Translations under genes and position numbers: made by a program
Notes under the pieces: generated by a model
Database searches by the model: none
What the model saw: the letters and a program-made list of their open reading frames with translations, nothing else
Told to the model about the DNA's origin: nothing
From: Deltaproteobacteria bacterium TL4
GTDB taxonomy: Bacteria; SAR324; NAC60-12
Length of the DNA: 13,314 nt
Reading direction: 5' to 3'
Assembly: GCA_051382335.1 (NCBI GenBank)
Contig: JBBCAX010000002.1
Location: forward strand, 1-13,314
Shown here: piece after piece, positions 7,653-13,314 of the stretch
How the letters are laid out: each line of letters starts with the position of its first letter
How positions within the stretch are numbered: the first letter of the stretch is position 1

Positions 7653-9590
7653 ATGATCAGTGTATCGAATCTTAGTATGACCTATGGACCTCAAATTTTG
7701 TTTGAAAATGTCAGCCTTCAGTTTGATGAAGGGAAACGTTATGGCATCGTTGGGGCAAATGGCTCAGGCAAAACAACTATTTTGAGACTATTAATAGGTG
7801 AAGAACTGCCTGTTTCAGGGGAAATTTCCATTCCTCAAAATTTACGGTTGGGAACGCTCAAGCAAGACCACTTTCGTTATGAATCGTCAACGGTTCAAGA
7901 TGTGGTGCTCCAGGGAAAACCGCAACTTTGGAATGCGCTTCAGGAGAAGGAACAATTGCTCCAAACTCATGCGAGTGATGACGAAACGGGGCATCGACTC
8001 GGACAATTGGAAGAGATCATCGCCAGTCAGGATGGCTATATCGCCGAATCCTTTGCGGGAGAATTACTGGTTGGCTTAGGCATTGAGGAACAATACCATC
8101 TGGGGCCCATGCGCCAGCTTTCCGGAGGTTTTAAACTCAGAGTGTTACTGGCACAGTTACTTTTTCAAGAACCCGAAGTGTTGCTGCTCGACGAACCAAC
8201 CAACCACCTTGATATCAAATCGATTCAATGGTTAGAATCCTTTTTGATGAGCGAGTTTCAGGGACTTCTGCTTTTTATTTCACATGATCGGCAATTCTTA
8301 AACAGGGTCTCGACTCATATTGTGGATATTGATTACGAGACGTTTCAAATCTATCCCGGCAATTATGACACCTTTGAACAAACTAAAAAATTATTAGCAG
8401 AACAAAAGCTTAAAGAAATCGAGAGCCAAGAGAAGAAAATTGCCCAACTGCAAGTATTTGTCGACCGCTTCAAGGCTAAAGCGACCAAAGCTCGTCAAGC
8501 TCAGTCCCGTGTGAAGCAAATTGAAAAAATACAAATTGATGAAGTTAAATCCTCTTCAAGGAAAGCCTTCCAACTTCAGTTTCAACAACAGCGAGCGTCA
8601 GGAAAAATGGTTTTGGAAACAAGAGAACTTTCCAAAGCTTTCGGCGCTAATAAGGTTTTAAAAAAAGTGTCCTTTGATGTACACCGGGGTGAAAAAGTCG
8701 CCATTATTGGTCCGAACGGGATTGGAAAATCAACGCTGTTGAATGTGGTTTTAGGTAATTTGGCGAGTGACCACGGAAACTATCAATGGGGTTATGAGAC
8801 ACATCTCTCCTACTTTGCTCAAGATCATCATGAAATACTCAAAGAAAAAGCCAGCGTTTATGAGTGGTTGTACCAGTTTGCGCCTTCTGAAACGATTGGC
8901 GCGATTCGAGGCTTACTGGGGAGAATGCTGTTTTCAGGAGATGATGTCCACAAATCCGTATCCTCCTTAAGTGGAGGAGAGTCCGCCCGGATTCTCTTCG
9001 CCAAAATGGTGTTGGAAAAAGGCAATGTCTTGGTCTTGGATGAGCCGACAAACCATCTCGATTTAGAAGGGGTCGCGGCCTTGGCGCAAGCCTTAAAATC
9101 TTTTGAAGGAACGGTTTTTGTGGTGAGTCACGATCGACACTTCGTCTCCGAAGTGGCCACTCATATTATTGAGCTGACACATGAGGGCGCACAAGATTTT
9201 GCAGGACCCTACAATGAATATCTGGAACGCCAGGGTGAGGATTACCTTGACCGGAATCAAACGTTTCTCAAGGCCACATCCCCAGAAACCAAGTCTAAAC
9301 CTACTGAAGAACTTTCTTATGACGAACGTAAAGAACTGAAGCGCGTGGTCGGTAAATTAGTGAAAACAACGAAAACTCTCGAAAGCCAAATTGAACGCTA
9401 TGAAACAGACATTGCGGCCATTGAACAAACATTCGGTTCCCCTGATTTTTTTCAAAACACGCCTGCGCGAGAAATAAAAAAATTGGAGCAGCAAAAAAAC
9501 AGCTTAAGTGAACAACTTTCCAAAACGATGGATGACTGGGCACAAGCCTTGGAACTACTGGAAGCAGCTCAACAACGGATTGAATCTTGA
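7653..9590 (+). CDS. ABC-F family ATP-binding protein (YbiT-like)
   Basis: Two nucleotide-binding domains (GANGSGKT, GPNGIGKS), two LSGG signatures and two LDEPTNHLD motifs. It has the FKAKATKARQAQSR linker, a C-terminal coiled coil and no transmembrane segments. Confidence 0.95.
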   Translation: MISVSNLSMTYGPQILFENVSLQFDEGKRYGIVGANGSGKTTILRLLIGEELPVSGEISIPQNLRLGTLKQDHFRYESSTVQDVVLQGKPQLWNALQEKEQLLQTHASDDETGHRLGQLEEIIASQDGYIAESFAGELLVGLGIEEQYHLGPMRQLSGGFKLRVLLAQLLFQEPEVLLLDEPTNHLDIKSIQWLESFLMSEFQGLLLFISHDRQFLNRVSTHIVDIDYETFQIYPGNYDTFEQTKKLLAEQKLKEIESQEKKIAQLQVFVDRFKAKATKARQAQSRVKQIEKIQIDEVKSSSRKAFQLQFQQQRASGKMVLETRELSKAFGANKVLKKVSFDVHRGEKVAIIGPNGIGKSTLLNVVLGNLASDHGNYQWGYETHLSYFAQDHHEILKEKASVYEWLYQFAPSETIGAIRGLLGRMLFSGDDVHKSVSSLSGGESARILFAKMVLEKGNVLVLDEPTNHLDLEGVAALAQALKSFEGTVFVVSHDRHFVSEVATHIIELTHEGAQDFAGPYNEYLERQGEDYLDRNQTFLKATSPETKSKPTEELSYDERKELKRVVGKLVKTTKTLESQIERYETDIAAIEQTFGSPDFFQNTPAREIKKLEQQKNSLSEQLSKTMDDWAQALELLEAAQQRIES

Positions 9591-10021
9591 AAAATGATTT
9601 TTGGGAAACAAAGGCGATGCGGGAGTGGACTCCTGAGGAATGGGAAGCGTTGTGTGATGGCTGTGCCCGTTGCTGTTTGCATAAACTCGAAGATGACGAG
9701 ACCCATGAAATATTTTATACCAGCATTGTTTGTCAATACCTGGATCATGACGCATGCCGGTGTCGCCATTATGCGCAAAGAAATACGTTGGTACCTCAGT
9801 GTATTCATTTGAATATCAGTAATCTCTCCCTGCTGACCTGGCTTCCTAACACCTGTGCCTATCGTCTTATCGCTGAGGGAAAGGACTTGGACTGGTGGCA
9901 TCCTTTAGTTTCAGGAACAAAAGAGACGGTTCATGAATCAGGGATCTCCATTCAAGGAAAAGTGACCTGTGAACTGGAGGTTGATGATGAAGATTGGGAA
10001 GACTACATCATCTCTTCGTAA
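9587..10021 (+). CDS. YcgN family (UPF0260) CxxCxxCC cysteine-cluster protein
   Basis: FWETK...EWEALCDGCARCCLHKLED, WLPNTCAYRL and WHPLVSG..ETVHESGIS. Its TTG start overlaps the upstream TGA. Confidence 0.93.
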   Translation: MKNDFWETKAMREWTPEEWEALCDGCARCCLHKLEDDETHEIFYTSIVCQYLDHDACRCRHYAQRNTLVPQCIHLNISNLSLLTWLPNTCAYRLIAEGKDLDWWHPLVSGTKETVHESGISIQGKVTCELEVDDEDWEDYIISS

Positions 10022-10131
10022 ATTAGGGTTGACAAATGCCTGAATTCTTTGGATAAGGAATGTATTGTTGACACAGCAGACGATAGATCTCAAATTTTTA
10101 TTCAGAGATTAAGGGAGACTATGTAAAAAAA

Positions 10132-10578
10132 TCAGCGTTTATCAGCGTCTATCTGTGGCTGAGTCTTTCCTTTTTTAAAAAACCAGGCAAGGTACATTCC
10201 CACAGCCATAAACAAAACAAAGACAAGCACTTGGGGCGTCCCAACAACTATCGACGCCAAAGCGGGGCCAGGACAAAACCCACTCACCCCCCATCCAACG
10301 CCAAACAAAGCAGAGCCCAATACTAAACTCGAATCCACTTTCTTTAGGGTAGGAAGTGAAAAATGATCGGAAAAAAAAGGAGAGGGTTGTTTTATGGCAT
10401 AATGATAAACCACGGAATAGACGACGATTGCGCCAACCATTACAAAAAGCAAACTAGGATCCCAAGTTCCAGTAACATCAAGAAAAGAAATAATTTTTTC
10501 AGGCTGTGTCATTCCACCCAAACTCAAGCCCACAGAAAAACAAACCCCAGAAAAAAAGCTAACCAGAGACACTTTCAT
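10132..10578 (-). CDS. YeeE/YedE family sulfur-compound transport membrane protein
   Basis: GLSLGGMTQPEKIISFLD..G.WDPSL.FVM and LFGVGWGVSGFCPGPA. Confidence 0.92.
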   Translation of the reverse strand: MKVSLVSFFSGVCFSVGLSLGGMTQPEKIISFLDVTGTWDPSLLFVMVGAIVVYSVVYHYAIKQPSPFFSDHFSLPTLKKVDSSLVLGSALFGVGWGVSGFCPGPALASIVVGTPQVLVFVLFMAVGMYLAWFFKKGKTQPQIDADKR

Positions 10579-11006
10579 AAAAGAATCTCCCCTATATGTT
10601 TCATGACAAAAACGGACACGCCTCCTGTAAACATAAAAGTCAGCGTTGCAATCATAGATCGCACCGAAAGGCGACTATTTCCACAAATACCATGTCCACT
10701 AGTACATCCATTTGCCAAATAGGTGCCGATCCCTACCAATAGCCCGGCGACTGCATAACTCAGCAAGGAGTGAGGAACCGCTATGGTGTAGGAGGTTGGC
10801 GATAAAACCCAGGTAATCCATCCACCCGTGAGCAATCCTCCTATAAAAAGAAACTGCCAGCCAAAGAAGCTACTTTTCGGGCGGAGTACTCCAAAAAAAA
10901 TATTGGAAATACCCGCAATTTTACCATTGCAAACTAACATGACAGAAGCGGCAATACCTATTAACAGGCCCCCAACGAGCGGCTTTAAAATCAAAATTTC
11001 TTCCAT
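10575..11006 (-). CDS. YeeE/YedE family sulfur-compound transport membrane protein
   Basis: GGLLIG...GKIAGIS and AGLLVGIGT.LANGCTSGHGICG.SRLSVRS. A GAGGA RBS lies at 11011-11015, and the gene overlaps its partner via ATGA. Confidence 0.92.
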   Translation of the reverse strand: MEEILILKPLVGGLLIGIAASVMLVCNGKIAGISNIFFGVLRPKSSFFGWQFLFIGGLLTGGWITWVLSPTSYTIAVPHSLLSYAVAGLLVGIGTYLANGCTSGHGICGNSRLSVRSMIATLTFMFTGGVSVFVMKHIGEILL

Positions 11007-11023
11007 AGTGTCCTCAATTTTTG

Positions 11024-11161
11024 GTAACTACTCAGGCACAAAGGCTAAAGGCAGAAATTTTAAGCAACCATCCATCGTTTTGTGCTTACTTTTTTGCTGA
11101 AACGGTTCAACATGCTGTCCTTTTCCACCAGCACCTCTGTGCCTTCTGCCTCTGTAGTTAT
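11024..11161. mobile_element. 138-bp MITE-like element with terminal inverted repeats and 8-bp target-site duplication
   Basis: Ends are GTAACTACTCAGGCA... and ...TGCCTCTGTAGTTAT. They are flanked directly by AATTTTTG at 11016-11023 and 11162-11169. Confidence 0.75.
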
Positions 11162-11243
11162 AATTTTTGTTATTTTTTGTTTTAAACAAGATACTTTTAA
11201 AGGGTACCTTATCCGTAAAAAAATGCAATACGTCAATTTTCCA

Positions 11244-11488
11244 CAGTAATTCAACGAGCGGCCTAAGCCAACTTGGTCACGGTTGCTTTGCCTGAAACGA
11301 GGGCGTAGCTCGTCGTTCCTTATGATCCTGAATTTTTTGATCCCAGCGTATCCCCACACTGATGTGAATCGATACGGGATCCGCTGCTTTTTGAGAGATT
11401 CTATCCTCCAAGGATCAATTTCTGTGTGAATCATTCCTCCAACCACAGGTAATAAGATGTTTATTACTTTTTTCTCTCTGAAGCGCTA
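11244..11488 (-). mobile_element. 245-bp non-autonomous internal-deletion derivative of the adjacent IS family, inverted
   Basis: On the minus strand it carries a left end matching 11497-11520 at 20/24 nt. This is joined to a ~90% identical copy of the transposase 3' end (11362-11462 vs 12828-12930) and a candidate right end CAGTAATTCAACGAG at 11244. Confidence 0.75.
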
Positions 11489-11518
11489 CTTTTAACCAGC
11501 GATTCAGGGAGAAAAAAG
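11467..11518. repeat. 21-bp imperfect inverted repeat formed by two head-to-head IS left ends
   Basis: CTTTTTTCTCTCTGAAGCGCT (11467-11487) and AGCGATTCAGGGAGAAAAAAG (11498-11518) are complementary at 19/21 positions. Confidence 0.9.
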
Positions 11519-12974
11519 CAGAATGTCTAAGTAGATGAAAAGAAAAAGGAATTAATAAACCGGGAAAAATATTTTTCTTGTTGCAAAAAGCCCTTGTTGA
11601 ACGGGAATAGGACAAGTATACCCTATAGAATAGTAACAAAACTATGATTCACCCCCATCCAAGGAGAGCCCATGCAACCTAATCGAACAGCTAACAAGAA
11701 AAAGGTTCAGAAGAAAAGTAATAGAGTTGCAGAGATGTTGGCGCGCGTGAAAGAGAAGAAGGCCAAAGACAAAGCGAAGCGCCTAACGGAAGCCTATCAC
11801 CAAACGCTCGTTCATTTTTTTCCAGATCTCTATGATCGTTTAGATGGCCTAACGGATCCTCGGAAAGAATCGGACTACAGTATGTCTGAATTAGTAATGA
11901 GCGCCGTGGCGATGTTCTTGTTTCGTCGAACCTCCCGCAATGGAATGAACCTTTGCCGTGACGACGGCAATTTTGAGTCGAATTATTATCGTGTTTTCTC
12001 CGATCACCGTTTGGCTCATATGGATACCGTTGATGAGGTGTTTCGTGTGTTGAGTCCGGGAGAACTCGAGCGTCTTCAATTAGAGTTAGTGAAATTGTTG
12101 ATTGAACACAAGGTGCTTTACCCCTTTCGTTTACTAAATGAGTATTATTTAATTGCCGTAGATGCTACCGGGGTTTTGAGTTTTGATCACCCTCACTGTG
12201 CGGATTGTATCGAAAAGCATTATGGCGGCTATTGGGAGTTTCCTAAAAAAGCGATCCGTCCTTTAAGAAATATGGGGTTTCCTCAATGGGTTTTGATCGC
12301 CTTAAAAGGACTTCATGGTCGTCATTTTGAATCTAAAATTCTTTTCATCGAAGCCATAGAACAACGGGATTTGGGCTTGAGGGCCCCCGAAATGATTGCC
12401 CTCATGGGACAACTTTGCGAGCATCCTCAACGCATTCTTTATTCTCATCAAGTTCTGGAAGCGAAGTTAGTCACCTCCAATGGTTTCGCTATTTCGGTGA
12501 TGAATGAATGGATCGAAAATGAAGGAACCTCGTGGAATAAACAAGACTGCGAAATGAAGGCTTTTCGTCTTTTTATCGTCCTTAGAGATTCAGTACCAAA
12601 GTGTGATCGAACTCACACAAGCCGCGCGATTGAGGTGGAACATCGAAAACGAGGGATTCAATGTACAGAAAAATCAAGGATATGCCTTGGAACACAAGTT
12701 TTCAAGAACCTCAATGACTGCCGCGAAAAACTATTATCAATGTCTACAACTCGCCCATTTGATTCAGCAACTCACTCAGCTGGCTATGCATATAAAACAA
12801 TGGACGATGAGAATCAAAATGACTTACAAACATCTTATTTCCTCAGTGGTCGGATGGATGATTCACACCGAAATTGATCCCTGGAGGATGGAATCTCTCA
12901 AAAAGCAGCGGATCCAGTATCGATTCACATAGAACACCACAGAGATCGCCTACTCTAAAAAATTGGGCTTGGTC
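11497..12974 (+). mobile_element. Defective IS (DDE transposase, IS4-clan/ISNCY-like); right end not seen
   Basis: Candidate left end CAGCGATTCAGGGAG at 11497, followed by the transposase pseudogene. No matching right end occurs before the next element. Confidence 0.65.
11672..12932 (+). pseudogene. DDE transposase broken by an internal deletion/frameshift at about 12564
   Basis: RBS AAGGAG precedes the start. Frame 1 has LTDPR..DYSMSEL, LIAVDATG, HCADC, HQVLEAKLV and KQDCEMKAF. Frame 2 resumes as FVFLSSLEI...ARLRWNIENEGFNVQKNQGYALEHKFS to the stop at 12932. Confidence 0.85.
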
Positions 12975-13082
12975 GTAAGTTCGGCCACCCTGTCTAAAAA
13001 TTAGTAGAAATTGCAACTCAATCAGGAGTAGTGTATTAACAATTTTTCAAAAATCATGTTAACCCTCTCACCCGAATGAACC

Positions 13083-13314
13083 ATGCAATCAGACTCTAAT
13101 CCTTTAGAAGAATCAACATCAAAACGATTTTGGTCACGCTCAGAAATCGTAGCCAACGTGATCGATTTTGAACAACGCACCAGAGAATTGAGCCAACGTC
13201 AATGGTGCCAAGAAAATGATGTTCCACGCTCTACCTTGCAGAATTGGCTTGCTCGCAAAGATAACATTGAGAGTGATATTGACGTCATTCACTTTTTTGA
13301 AAGTCCTTCTGGTT
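13083..13314 (+). CDS. Probable DUF6399-type (IS-associated) protein, 5' part with HTH; runs off the window
   Basis: The open frame, absent from the ORF track, reads MQSDSNPLEESTSKRFWSRSEIVANVIDFEQRTRELSQRQWCQENDVPRSTLQNWLARKDNIESDIDVIHFFESPSG. It contains an SQR..C...VPRSTLQ.W HTH and an FFESP.G motif. Confidence 0.7.
   Translation, partial: MQSDSNPLEESTSKRFWSRSEIVANVIDFEQRTRELSQRQWCQENDVPRSTLQNWLARKDNIESDIDVIHFFESPSG

Noticed and set aside
219..11100. Numerous short alternative-frame and antisense ORFs overlapping the main genes (e.g. 219..527, 3131..3508, 9569..9901, 10363..10722)
   Set aside because: They are shadows of well-supported genes and have no independent motifs.
11060..11446. 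128-aa minus-strand ORF beginning with transposase C-terminal residues
   Set aside because: It is a chance read-through across the IS miniature, AT-rich spacer and MITE. It has no RBS, and only the first ~28 codons are homologous to anything visible.
1..13314. CRISPR array or regularly spaced repeat array
   Set aside because: No periodic direct repeats of 20-50 bp were seen by eye, and no cas-like ORFs are present.

Overview
A bacterial chromosomal window with a housekeeping core flanked by decayed insertion sequences. The left end holds the start of a minus-strand gene and an internal, frameshifted ISAzo13-family transposase fragment. A minus-strand operon follows (coaD, a stand-alone FtsK-4TM membrane protein, a spermidine-synthase-like methyltransferase, an enoyl-CoA isomerase). 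It is divergent from a plus-strand run of rpmB, pheA, a 384-aa unknown protein, an MTA/SAH-nucleosidase-family enzyme, rsmG, an ABC-F ATPase and a YcgN-family protein. A convergent YeeE/YedE pair comes next. The right ~2.3 kb is a mobile-element pile-up that the ORF track does not resolve, with four parts: (i) a 138-bp structured MITE-like element with an exact 8-bp target duplication beside the yeeE RBS; (ii) a 245-bp miniature derivative of the neighbouring IS, sitting head-to-head with it; (iii) that IS, whose DDE transposase has an apparent ~68-aa inserted domain and an internal deletion; (iv) the start of a probable DUF6399-type element. All family assignments come from motif recognition, not database searches.
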